This document shows, piece after piece, positions 37,524-47,600 of a stretch of 64,000 nt of DNA (positions are counted from its first letter, which is position 1; each line of letters opens with the position of its first letter). The notes below the pieces were generated by a model that searched no databases, was not told the origin of the DNA, and saw only the letters and a program-made list of their open reading frames with translations. The stretch is taken from positions 849,640 through 913,639 of the forward strand of contig CAVWFS010000019.1 of the NCBI GenBank assembly GCA_963754315.1. The letters run 5' to 3'. A program made the position numbers and the translations under genes. This stretch comes from an uncultured Candidatus Rokubacteria bacterium. GTDB taxonomy: Bacteria; Methylomirabilota; Methylomirabilia; Rokubacteriales; CSP1-6.

Positions 37524-38930
37524 TTGAAGGGGCCGATCTCTTTTGAAGGCTTGACCGTCCTGCTGGCGGCCGTGAGCGGCCTCGCCGTGGGGGGGGTAGC
37601 TCTAAGGCGACATCGATACGGGGGGCTTCCCCGGAGTTTCGGCGCGGGCATGGTTGCTTTTGTCAGCGTCGTCGTTACCAATATTGCCCTGCTTTCCAAG
37701 AACCTTCGCGGGCACATCAGACGCTCTACCGGAAGGTACTTCTCCCGGAGCAAATACGATTATCGGCAACAGTGGACCAACTTCTCGACCCGCCTGCGCT
37801 CGCTGGTAACCATGGAGGAACTCGCTCCGGCGCTTCTATCGGTGGTGACCGATGCGGTGGGAACGGCACAGGGAGCCCTATACCTCGCCGGCGAGCACGA
37901 CGATGTGTATCATCTGGCTGCCTCTCGCGAATTCGACCGACTGCCAGCAGACCTAGGAAAGGGCTCGTTCCTGTTCTCGCGACCGGCCGGGCCGCGGACT
38001 CCATTCCCCATCGAGGCGAATGGCCCAGACTCATGGCTCGACACGGCACCGTTGCCCAGCTCTGAAGTCATCGCCGTCCCCTTGTACTGGAGGAATACGC
38101 TGGTGGGCTGTCTAGTGCTGGGTCCGCCGCGGACCGGTGTCGGGTACGACAAAGAGGATTTTGACTTCTTGGCTACCGTGGGCGAATCGGCCGCTGGAAT
38201 TGTCGTCACCGTGCTCATGGCGGAGCGCTCAGCCCGAGCGCGGGAATTCGAAGCGCTCCATCAGCTGACCTCATGCGTGATTCACGACTTCAAGAACGCA
38301 GTGACCGCGCTCTCCATGCTCAGCGCAAATGCCCGCGATCATTTCGATGATCCCGAATTTCAGCGCGATGCGCTCAGGACCCTGGCGCGGACCGTGGACC
38401 AGATGAGGGGATTGCTCGCCAAACTGTCGCCCTCCCCCGAAGTCAGCCGCATCCGTTTCGAGGCTGTCGATCTCGCCAAGCTCCTGCTGGAAACGGCCAG
38501 TACCGTTCTCGATGGCAAGCCGGTAACGGTGGAGGAGCGCATTCGGCCGATCCCTCTAATTCTCGCCGACCGGGTGGCACTCGGCCGCGTACTCCAGAAC
38601 TTCCTCCTCAATGCTCTCGAGGCGATCGACCACGCCGGGCGGATCACCCTCAGCACCGAGCCTCAGCAGGGTTTGGTCTCCTGCGCGGTGGCGGACGACG
38701 GGTGCGGAATGTCGGCTGAGTTCATCCGCCGGTCCCTCTTCGTGCCTTTCCGTTCTACGAAGAAGGGGGGCTGGGGCATTGGTTTGTACCATGCAAGAGA
38801 GATCGTGGCCGCTCACGGTGGCCGCATCGAGGTGGACAGCCACGAAGGGAGGGGCACAACCTTTCGGCTGCTCTTCCAACCGGCTGCCCCTTCTCGCACC
38901 GCCGATCGCAACAGGACCACCCACCCATGA
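37524..38930 (+). CDS. prsK: sensor histidine kinase, PrsK-like but with a short (2-TM) N-terminal region
   Basis: Two N-terminal TM helices, GAF-like middle region, H-box 'VIHDFKNAVTALSML', HATPase_c 'GGWGIGLYHAREIVAAHGGRIEV...GTTFRL'. Sits immediately upstream of the exosortase and a sigma-54 response regulator. Confidence 0.75.
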   Translation: MKGPISFEGLTVLLAAVSGLAVGGVALRRHRYGGLPRSFGAGMVAFVSVVVTNIALLSKNLRGHIRRSTGRYFSRSKYDYRQQWTNFSTRLRSLVTMEELAPALLSVVTDAVGTAQGALYLAGEHDDVYHLAASREFDRLPADLGKGSFLFSRPAGPRTPFPIEANGPDSWLDTAPLPSSEVIAVPLYWRNTLVGCLVLGPPRTGVGYDKEDFDFLATVGESAAGIVVTVLMAERSARAREFEALHQLTSCVIHDFKNAVTALSMLSANARDHFDDPEFQRDALRTLARTVDQMRGLLAKLSPSPEVSRIRFEAVDLAKLLLETASTVLDGKPVTVEERIRPIPLILADRVALGRVLQNFLLNALEAIDHAGRITLSTEPQQGLVSCAVADDGCGMSAEFIRRSLFVPFRSTKKGGWGIGLYHAREIVAAHGGRIEVDSHEGRGTTFRLLFQPAAPSRTADRNRTTHP

Positions 38931-39859
38931 GGCCCTTGATGGCCCGGCTCGCAGCGGGGCCTTCGGCGTGGGACATCACCGGACGGCTCTCGCTCCTGCT
39001 GGCGGGGGGGAACCGGCGGTCAATCGCGGCTGACATCTCGTCGCGGTGGTGGCGCCTCGGCATGGCGGGGCTGGCCATCGTGGTCGTGTACGCACCTACA
39101 CTAATGTCGATGGCTCGAGAGTGGGCGACATTCCCCACACTCTCCCATGGCTTTGCCGTTCCCCCGATCGCCATGTACCTGATATGGCGTCGCCGTGGCG
39201 ATCTCGAGCAATTCAACCCCGACCTGTCCTGGGGAGGGCTACTGGTCGTGATCAGTGGGCTCGGATTGTACGCGGCCGGGACACTGGCGGCGGAGCCCTT
39301 CATCGCTCGCGTCTCCTTCCCGGTGACGCTGTTCGGAGCGGCGCTCCTGCTCGGGGGAGCTGCCGTCGCCCGGGAGCTATTCCCGGGGCTGGGATACCTC
39401 TTCTTCATGATCCCCTTGCCGTGGTCTGTGCTGAGGGAACTGACCGGTCCGGCCAAGCTGATCGATGCAACAGTGACGGCGGCGGTGTCGACGTGGTTTG
39501 GTGTGCCCGTCCTCCGAGAGGGAACCGTGCTCTACCTGCCGAACATCACCCTGGAAGTGGCCGATGCTTGTAGCAGCATCCCTTCCATCGCAAGCTTGCT
39601 GGCCTTGGGCGCCGCGTACGGTCTCGCCCGGCGCCGCTCGGGGCCGGTGTGTCTCGTTCTGCTCCTAACTGCGTTCCCGCTGGGCGCCCTCTCGAACCTT
39701 GTCCGGATCATTTTGACCGTGCTGGGTACATACCATCTCGGCCCTGTGGTTCTTGGCAGTGCCCTCCACATGTGGAACGGGACGGTCGTGTTCCTCATGA
39801 CGTTCGGGGCGCTGGTGCTGCTGGATTGCGGCCTGGATCGGGCCCGGCCCGGCCGCTGA
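38927..39859 (+). CDS. exosortase (EpsH/Xrt family transmembrane transpeptidase)
   Basis: 8 predicted TM helices; conserved exosortase active-site region 'TLEVADACSSIPSIASLLAL' (Cys) and downstream 'NLVRIILTVLG' (Asn/Arg) blocks. 4-bp overlap with kinase stop. Confidence 0.8.
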   Translation: MRPLMARLAAGPSAWDITGRLSLLLAGGNRRSIAADISSRWWRLGMAGLAIVVVYAPTLMSMAREWATFPTLSHGFAVPPIAMYLIWRRRGDLEQFNPDLSWGGLLVVISGLGLYAAGTLAAEPFIARVSFPVTLFGAALLLGGAAVARELFPGLGYLFFMIPLPWSVLRELTGPAKLIDATVTAAVSTWFGVPVLREGTVLYLPNITLEVADACSSIPSIASLLALGAAYGLARRRSGPVCLVLLLTAFPLGALSNLVRIILTVLGTYHLGPVVLGSALHMWNGTVVFLMTFGALVLLDCGLDRARPGR

Positions 39860-40205
39860 GGCCAGTCATGGATCCCCGGCTCCCGGGATTATTGGCCTTA
39901 TTGGAGCGGAAGCAGCTTCAGGAGGCTGCGGCGGGGCCCTCCGTTCCCGTCAACGCGGTCATACTCGGGCGATTCCCCCCGCTACTCACAGTTGTTTGCC
40001 GGTATCAACTACCTTTGCGGATCATTGCCCAAGAGTACCGGTATCGCCTCAATCGCCTTCTCCATATCCTCTCCCCGCGATCGCGAGAGGTGTTGCGCAC
40101 CCCGCCCGCGGCGCCTTGTGCTGAAGACCCCGCGTCATTCGCGCGCGCGCTTCACCTCCCGATTCCCTTTCAGCAGACTGCGTCGGCCCCCGGGGGAGAC
40201 CTCTT

Positions 40206-41552
40206 GTGAGTTTGCCCAATGCCTTGATCGTGGAAGACGACGAGGCGATTCGTATTCAGTTGAAGTACGCGCTGCAGGGCGAGTTTCGGCTCACTTTCGC
40301 GGAATCCCGGCCGCAGGCACTCGCAGCCGCAGCCGCAGACCGGCCGGCGGTGGTTCTGCTCGATCTCGGGCTCCCGCCGAATTCCGACACCACCAGTGAA
40401 GGGCTCAAGACGCTCGAAGAGCTGTGTCAGTCGCCGGTCAAGGTCATTGTGCTCACGGGTCACAGCGAGCGCAAGAATGCCCTCGCCGCCGTTCACCTCG
40501 GCGCCTTTGACTACCAGCTGAAGCCCATCGATCTCGATACCCTGCGCGTGATGATGCGTCGCGCCGTCTACCTCTTGGAGCTAGACCACGAAGGCGTACC
40601 CTCCCTCGCCGGCCCGGACACTACCACCGCCCTCGAAGAGCTCCTCGGCACGACTCCCGCGATGCGGGAGATCTTCAGGATCATCCAGCGAGTGGCCAAG
40701 ACGGACGCCACCGTCCTCATTGAGGGTGAAAGCGGGACCGGCAAGGAGCTCATAGCGGCGGCGATCCACCAACGAAGCCCGCGCTGCTCCGCCCCCTTCA
40801 TCGCCGTCAACTGCGGCGCCATTCCCGAGACGCTGGTCGAGTCAGAACTGTTTGGCCACCAGGATGACGGCTTCACTCGCGCTAACGGCCCAAGCAAACT
40901 GGAGCTGGCCGATCACGCCACGCTCTTTTTGGGCGAGATCGGCGAGCTAAGCCTTCTCCTTCAGGTAAAGCTACTGCGCTTTCTCCAGCAGCGCACTATC
41001 GAGCGCAGCAGCCAGGAGGCGATGAAGCTCGATGTGAGGGTCATCGCCGCCACCGACCAGGACCTCAAGACACTCCTGAAGCTGAAGCGGTTTCGTCAAG
41101 ATCTCTACTACCGCCTGTCGATCGTGACCATCCGCGTTCCGCCTCTCCGCGAGCGCGGCGAGGACATCGCCTTTCTCGCCAACGCCTTCCTCCGGCGGAT
41201 CTGTCACCAGCATCGCAGAACGTCGACGTTCAGCCCGGAGGCCGTGAAGGCCATGATGGCCTACTCGTGGCCCGGAAACATCAGAGAGCTCGAGAACAAG
41301 GTCACCCGGTCTCTGATCATGGCGCAGGGGCGGACGATTGGTCCGGTGGAACTGGAACTCACGTCCCAACATGAAGGTCGCCCGGCTCTCCTCCGGCAAG
41401 CACGCCGGCACGCAGAGCGCCAGGCGTTGGTGACCGCTCTCGGTCGCAACCATGGGAACATCAGTCGGGCTGCGCGCGAGCTCGAGGTAAGCCGGCCGAC
41501 CCTCCACAGCCTACTCGACAAACACGCCATCGACGCCAAGACCTTCCGCTAA
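40206..41552 (+). CDS. prsR: sigma-54-dependent response regulator (PEP-CTERM-box response regulator PrsR-like) with canonical receiver
   Basis: REC domain with 'LIVEDDE' and phospho-acceptor 'VVLLDLGLPP', T ('VIVLTGHS') and K ('LKPID'). AAA+ 'GESGTGKELIAAAIH', 'ESELFGH', 'FRQDLYYRL'. C-terminal Fis HTH 'GNISRAARELEVSRPTLHSLL'. GTG start. Confidence 0.85.
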   Translation: MSLPNALIVEDDEAIRIQLKYALQGEFRLTFAESRPQALAAAAADRPAVVLLDLGLPPNSDTTSEGLKTLEELCQSPVKVIVLTGHSERKNALAAVHLGAFDYQLKPIDLDTLRVMMRRAVYLLELDHEGVPSLAGPDTTTALEELLGTTPAMREIFRIIQRVAKTDATVLIEGESGTGKELIAAAIHQRSPRCSAPFIAVNCGAIPETLVESELFGHQDDGFTRANGPSKLELADHATLFLGEIGELSLLLQVKLLRFLQQRTIERSSQEAMKLDVRVIAATDQDLKTLLKLKRFRQDLYYRLSIVTIRVPPLRERGEDIAFLANAFLRRICHQHRRTSTFSPEAVKAMMAYSWPGNIRELENKVTRSLIMAQGRTIGPVELELTSQHEGRPALLRQARRHAERQALVTALGRNHGNISRAARELEVSRPTLHSLLDKHAIDAKTFR

Positions 41553-41581
41553 GTCAACATGGCACCCCAGAGAATTAGTCA

Positions 41582-42724
41582 ATGAACGCTACGAAGCGGT
41601 ACGGGCTGGCGGGCGCCCTTCTTTTTTCCCTCTTTCTTTCCCAAGTCCTTGCCCGAGGCGAGGAAGCTTCCTTCGGTGCCGGCTGGTCCCCGCTGCCCAA
41701 CACGTCGCTGCGGACGGTGTGTCCCCCGAACACAGCCCAGTATGGGTTCGCCGACCGGTGCCAGAACGTGATTCTGGCCTGGAATGGCGGCGTGATTGAC
41801 ACACGGCGCGGTCGCCTGATCGTGTGGGGAGGGGGGCACAACGATTACCGGGGCAACGAGATCTACGCGATCACCGTCAAGCCACCGAAAGTTGAGCGAC
41901 TGACAAACCCATCGCCCCCGAATGTGCCCCTCAACACCACCAACTGCACGACCACGCTGGCGGACGGGACGCCCAACTCGCGGCATACGTACGGCGGTCT
42001 GGCCTACATCGAACACGTCGACCGCATGTTCGTCTACGGGGGAAGCCTGGGCTGCAGCCCTGGCCACTTCGGCGGTGATACCTGGACGTTCAGCTTTGCC
42101 ACCAACACGTGGCAGGCCATGAGGCCGTCGGGCCCACAGCCGCGCTACGACGCCGGCATTGTCGCCGCCTACGATCCCAACACCCGGAAGGTCTTCCTGC
42201 ACGACGCCTGGGATCTCTTCGCCTACACGTTCGAGACCAACAGCTACCAGCGGCTGGCCACCGGCAATCACATCGACTACCACATGACGGCGGCGGTGGA
42301 TCCTATACGCAAAAAACTCATCATCGTAGGGGGAACGGCCGGCAGCGGCGGCGGGGTCACCGTCTACGATATCGGAGCGCGAAGTGGATTCGGGCGGCAA
42401 CAGTGGACAACAACCGGCGGAGATCGAATCGTGCACACCGCATCGCCGGGGCTCGCGTACGATCCTGACTCCGACCGGATGGTGGCGTGGGCCGGCGGGG
42501 ATACGTTGCACAGCCTGAATATGGATACCCGAATGTGGACTGCGCACAGATTTTCGGGGGGACCGGATACTGCGCCAGAGAACGGAATGTTCGGGCGGTG
42601 GGGTTATTTGGCGCAGTACGGAGTGTTTGTCACGGTCACGAGCGTGGACCGTAATGCCTATGTTTTGCGCTTAACCAACGCACCACGCACGGACGACCCA
42701 GCGCCGGCTGGCGGTTCACGTTGA
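41582..42724 (+). CDS. secreted Kelch-like beta-propeller protein (family A paralog, no D domain)
   Basis: Signal peptide 'MNATKRYGLAGALLFSLFLSQVLA'. Residues 62-265 are 100% identical to residues 96-299 of the giant protein 44606..49180; flanks diverge. Confidence 0.75.
   Translation: MNATKRYGLAGALLFSLFLSQVLARGEEASFGAGWSPLPNTSLRTVCPPNTAQYGFADRCQNVILAWNGGVIDTRRGRLIVWGGGHNDYRGNEIYAITVKPPKVERLTNPSPPNVPLNTTNCTTTLADGTPNSRHTYGGLAYIEHVDRMFVYGGSLGCSPGHFGGDTWTFSFATNTWQAMRPSGPQPRYDAGIVAAYDPNTRKVFLHDAWDLFAYTFETNSYQRLATGNHIDYHMTAAVDPIRKKLIIVGGTAGSGGGVTVYDIGARSGFGRQQWTTTGGDRIVHTASPGLAYDPDSDRMVAWAGGDTLHSLNMDTRMWTAHRFSGGPDTAPENGMFGRWGYLAQYGVFVTVTSVDRNAYVLRLTNAPRTDDPAPAGGSR
41765..42376. repeat. IR-A copy 1: ~610-bp segment essentially identical (inverted) to 48389..49000
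   Basis: Main-frame proteins are identical. Alternate-frame track ORFs are identical too (41922..42122+ = 48643..48843-, 66 aa each; 42109..42468+ vs 48309..48656- identical for ~89 aa then diverge), which demonstrates nucleotide identity. Confidence 0.85.
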
Positions 42725-42763
42725 GCCGATCTTGCCGGAGACGAGCGAAAAGGAGTTAGGGTC

Positions 42764-43255
42764 ATGTATATGTATCCCCTTCGCGCCGCGAGCGCAATTG
42801 TGGTCCTTGCCGCTACTGTACTCGCACTGCCCTTCCACGCGGTAGCGGCCCCGCCTCAATCCGCGCTCAGCAGCACGATCAGCACGAACCCAATCATCAT
42901 CGGCAGTCAGCTACGCGAGGCCCTTCGCCTGGCCGGGATCGCTCTCCAACAGCTGGACCGACTCGCTCCCGAAGACTCGCTCGACCAGGCTGCTGCCACC
43001 TGTCGCGAGGTGTATGTCCTCATCCGGGCAGCCCGGAGCGGGATGATCAACGCCAAGGCAAAGGCCCGGTTCCCCGACCCGCTTCTCGACTGGGAAATCG
43101 AGCGCACGACGATCGCCTGGAATGAGTCCCGACGCCCGGTGGAAGATGCGAACGGCACCCTCAGCTACAATAAACCTGAGTACGTCCGTGCGGCCACGGA
43201 ACACCTGAATATTGCGGTGGCCAACATCGAACTCGTGCTTCAGGTCCTGCCCTGA
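42764..43255 (+). CDS. small secreted hypothetical protein (signal peptide + ~135-aa alpha-helical-looking domain), lower GC than surroundings
   Basis: 'MYMYPLRAASAIVVLAATVLALPFHAVAAPP' signal. No recognisable motif. Occupies the position between family A and B genes that the IS256 remnant occupies in the other block. Confidence 0.45.
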   Translation: MYMYPLRAASAIVVLAATVLALPFHAVAAPPQSALSSTISTNPIIIGSQLREALRLAGIALQQLDRLAPEDSLDQAAATCREVYVLIRAARSGMINAKAKARFPDPLLDWEIERTTIAWNESRRPVEDANGTLSYNKPEYVRAATEHLNIAVANIELVLQVLP

Positions 43256-43321
43256 CCCCGCCGGGGATGTGACCGTGCCCGCCCATGCCTCGGTTGTGAC
43301 AAAACCCGACAGAGTTGGCGC

Positions 43322-44509
43322 ATGAGGAGGCACGCTCGTTCCCTGCTGTTCGGGGGTCTGTTGCTCGGCAGCCTTATGATAGCGGTCGCGCGGATCGAAG
43401 GTGAGAGTGCTTCGCCGCCCGCATCATTCGTTCTCCCGAAGCCGATCGACATTCCGAACGGGCTGTTCGTGGCACTGGAGCGGCCAGACATCGGTCGGGG
43501 GGTGGCGGGTGAAACAAAGCACGTCACCTGGGCCCACAACCCTGTGGACGGGCGGCTGTACCAGATGGGGGGGGATTTCAGCGGGCCGGTGGGGGGGTCC
43601 TCGTACCGGCAAGACATGTACTCGGTGTCGATTGCGGAGCGGTGGGCGAGCCGGAACGACCGGAACGCGGGCTGGCGGCAGGAGTACCCGTACTGTGGGC
43701 CGGAGGGGGGGCGGCAGCCGAAGTCGCCCGACTATGTGGGGTGGACGTGGGACACGAAGCGGCGAGTGTTCTGGAACGTGCCGGGCACGTTTGTGATCCC
43801 GGCAGCGGTGGTGTGCCCGGGCGTCACGTCCAGTTGGGCGGACGATCCGCCGAAGTATCTCTTCAACCACCTGATGACCTTCGATCCGTTCGAGCCGGAT
43901 CTGACGAAGCGCTGGAAGGACGTGGGGACCAACATTGGGCCGACCCCGGTGGACACGTGGATGAGCGTGTACGACGCAGGGACCGATAGTCTCGTTCGTT
44001 TCGGGTGGGATGGCGGCCGCGGGGCGATGGTGAACGTCTACGACATCGCGAAGGGCCGGTGGGCGGAGAAGCCCCTCGGACGGAATGCTCTCGGGCAGGA
44101 CATCCGGATCTGGAAGGAGATGCTGGCGCCGGACTGGGGGCAGCGAGTGATCTACGCGATCGATGGGCTCGCGGGGCGGCTGCATCGCTACCAGGTGGAC
44201 GGGCGGACGATCGAGGACTTGGGGGCGGTGCCGGGGGGCCCGATCGCCTATGCGGCCAACAATGATGCCTACGCGGTGTGGGATAGTCTGCACCGAGTGC
44301 TGTTCTTTTTCCGGATGGACACGAGCATGCTGCACGTCTATCACCCGACTCGAAAGACCTGGGAGACCCCGCCGATGGCCACCGATCCCCCAGCGCTCAA
44401 ACCCCACGTCCGCCACGGGTTGGTGTTCGACTCATATCAGAACGTGCTAGTATTTCTCGGAACCACTGATACGTCGAATCTATATCTATACTTGTATCGC
44501 TACCGCTGA
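43322..44509 (+). CDS. secreted propeller-like protein (family B paralog, intact, no D domain)
   Basis: Signal peptide 'MRRHARSLLFGGLLLGSLMIAVA'. Shares 'PIDIPNGLFVALERPD...SSYRQDMYSVSIAERWASRNDRNAGWRQEYPYCGPEGGRQPKSPDYVGWTWD...' with 15249..16891 and the giant protein. Strand-like motifs (RLYQMGG, RVFWNVPG, VIYAIDG, VLFFFRMD, VLVFLGT) suggest a propeller. Confidence 0.7.
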   Translation: MRRHARSLLFGGLLLGSLMIAVARIEGESASPPASFVLPKPIDIPNGLFVALERPDIGRGVAGETKHVTWAHNPVDGRLYQMGGDFSGPVGGSSYRQDMYSVSIAERWASRNDRNAGWRQEYPYCGPEGGRQPKSPDYVGWTWDTKRRVFWNVPGTFVIPAAVVCPGVTSSWADDPPKYLFNHLMTFDPFEPDLTKRWKDVGTNIGPTPVDTWMSVYDAGTDSLVRFGWDGGRGAMVNVYDIAKGRWAEKPLGRNALGQDIRIWKEMLAPDWGQRVIYAIDGLAGRLHRYQVDGRTIEDLGAVPGGPIAYAANNDAYAVWDSLHRVLFFFRMDTSMLHVYHPTRKTWETPPMATDPPALKPHVRHGLVFDSYQNVLVFLGTTDTSNLYLYLYRYR

Positions 44510-44605
44510 CTGCCTCGGTCAGCCCCCCGCGGGCGAGCGTCGCCTCAGCCTGGAGTCGCGTCTCGGATCAGGATGTCAGCCAGTGTACCTGCTCGAGGCT
44601 GAAGA

Positions 44606-47600
44606 TCACTCGTGCAGTTCGAAGGCACCAACATCGGCGGCTCCGCTGCGCGGAACGTCCACGAAGTCATCGGCAGGTCGCCAGGGCTCAGGCCCGCTCC
44701 CCGCCGCGTCGATCAACGGACTGTTCGGAGCTGGCCAGAGGACGTAGGGCGGCGGCGGCATGGCTTGAACAAAGCACCCCGTCGTCGGTCCGCATGTGAT
44801 GTTCCCCAGGATGGTGCCGGCCGGCGAGCTCGGCCAGAGATCCGGAGTCCCCACCAGGGGCCGAATGGCGTTGAAGGCGATGACGTTGCCGCTCTGGTTG
44901 CCCCACCCCGCTACATTGATGCCGGAGTCGCTGTTGTCGAGTACCGTGTTGTGCACAATCCACACGTTCTTCTGCAAATTTCGACGCCCATAGTTCTGGG
45001 CGCTGATCCCCCCGAAGGCATTTCCGACTAAAACATTGTTCCACACGATGGCGGGGCCGCCCCCTACCACGATCCCGCCTTCCTCCAGCGACCCCTCCAC
45101 GTAATTCTTCTCGATAACACTGGGCGGATCGCCTCGGTTGGAGCCGTACACCATGATACCTGGTCCCTTCGTTCGGGAAATTGTGTTGCCCCGCACCGTG
45201 CCGTAGGAGTTCAGCTTGATCTGTAGGCCGTACCCGATGCCGTTCGAGGTGACCCCGTTGATCACGTTGTTCTCGACGAGCAGCTCCGTCACGTGACAAC
45301 TCGTGCCGTCGTGGCACCCGAAGTACAGCCCAGTCTGATTCAAGTCCTTGAAGAGGTTCTCGCGCACCGTGAGTCGGTGGCTATCCTGCGTGTTGGCACT
45401 GATGGCAATGCCCCCGATACCCTCGAATGTGTTCCGTTCGATCACGATATCGTGGGCGCTCCAGATCCTGATGGCATCCACGTCCTCCTGAGTCGGTGCA
45501 AACGCAAAACCCCGAATGTACAGATACCCCGCGCCCCGGAGCTCTAGGACGTTATGATTCGATCCCGCGTAGGCGAAGGTCGCCCGCGAGGAGTTTCCCT
45601 CGTCCTGAGATCGCATCACGATTGGCGCCGCCGCCGTGCCCACCGCCGTGATCCAACACGGACTGGTGTAGGAGCCGGCCACGAAGACGATCTCGGTACC
45701 GGGCTGCGCCTTGTTGAGGATGTTGCACCATGGATCCGCCGCGCCAACCTTGATTGTCGTGCCCGACTGAGCGATCGTGGCACTCGCCGTGTTGGAGTAC
45801 GGACCGAGATTGGCGGCCGCATCGGTGGCCCGCACCCGGTAGCTGTAGCTGGTGCCCGCCGTACGCCCCGTGTCACTGTAGACGGTCCCGCTCGGCGTGG
45901 CCACCTGAGCGAAACTGCTGCAGCCCGCGCCCTGGCACCGCTCCACCAGGTAACCCGTCACCTCAACGTTGTCCGTGGCCGCCGTCCAGCTGAGGTTGAT
46001 CTCGCTGGCGCTGGCCACCGTGGCGCCCAGGTTCGTGGGCGCCGTAGGCGTCATCGTGTCAGCGATCGTGGGCGCCGTGGGCGTCGTCGTGTCAGCGATC
46101 GTGGCACTCGCCGTGTTGGAGTACGGACCGAGATTGGCGGCCGCATCGATGGCCCGCACCCGGTAGCTGTAGCTGGTGCCCGCCGTACGCCCCGTGTCAC
46201 TGTAGATGGTCCCGCTCGGCGTGGCCACCTGAGCGAAACTGCTGCAGCCCGTGCCCTCGCACCGCTCCACCCGGTAACCCGTCACCCCAACGTTATCCGT
46301 GGCCGCCGTCCAGCTGAGGTTGATCTCGCTGGCGCTGGCCACCGTGGCGCCCAGGTTCGTGGGCGCCGTGGGCGTCGTGGTATCTCCCGTTCCGAAAGAC
46401 GGCCTGTAGCGGTAGAAGTACATGTAGGGGTTCGCCGTGTCCGTCGTCCCCAGGAGGACCAGCACGTTCTGGTCCGGGTCGAACACCGCCGCGTGCCGCA
46501 CGTGCGGCGTCAGCCCCGGCGGATCCGTCACCAGCGGTGGTGTCTCCCACTCCTGCGTGTCCGGGTGATAGACGTGCAGGATGCTCGTGTCCATCCGGAA
46601 AAAGAACAGCACCCGGTGCAGGCTGTCCCACACCGCGTAGGCATCATTGTTGGCCGTATAGGCGATCGGGCCCCCCGGCACCGCCCCCAGGTCCTCGATC
46701 GTCCGCCCGTCCACCCGGTAGCGATGCAGCCGCCCCGCAATCCCGTCGATCACATAAATCACCCGCTGCCCCCAGTCCGCCGCCAGCATCTCCTTAAAGA
46801 TCCGGATGTCCTGCCCCACCGCGTTCAACCCCAGCAACTTCGCCGTCCACTGCCCGGCCGTAATGTCATAGATGTTCACCATCGCCCCGCGCGCCCCGTC
46901 CCACCCGAAGCGAATCAGACTGTCGGTCCCCGCGTCGTACACGCTCATCCACGTGTCCACGGCCGTCGGCCCAATGTCGCGCCCCCGGTCCTGCCAGCGC
47001 TGGGTCAGGTCCGGCTCGAAGGGATCAAAGGTCATCAGGTGATTAAATAGGTACTTCGGCGGATCGTCCGCCCAACTGGACGTGATGCCCGGGCAGACCA
47101 CCGCTGCCGGGATCACAAACGTGCCCGGCACGCTCCAGAACACCCGCCGCTTGCTGTCCCACGTCCACCCCACATAGTCCGGCGATTTCGGCTGCCGGCC
47201 CCCCTCCGGCCCACAGTACGGGTACTCCTGCCGCCAGCCCGCGTTCCGGTCGTTCCGGCTCGCCCACCGCTCCGCAATCGACACCGAGTACATGTCCTGC
47301 CGGTACGACGACCCCCCCACCGTCCCCCCAAAGTCGCCCCCCATCTGGTACAGCCGCCCGTCGATCGGGTTGTGCGCGTACGTCGAGTGCTTCGTCTCCC
47401 GCGCCGGCCCCCGGCCCCAGTCCGGCCGCTCCAGCGCTATGAAGACCCCACTTGGAATGTCGATCGGGGTCCCCGGGCGCAGTGGCGGCGGAGCGCTGTT
47501 CGACACGGTCACCAGGCGGGCGGCCGCCGTGGCGCTGTTTCCGGCCGCGTCGCGGGCTACCGCCGTGAGCGTGTGCATCCCATCGCCCTCTGCCGTCGTG

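Noticed and set aside
39868-40209. 113-aa ORF after the exosortase as a possible EpsI
   Set aside because: No TM segment or EpsI-like features, lower-GC sequence. More likely the untranslated/regulatory region ahead of the PrsR-like gene.
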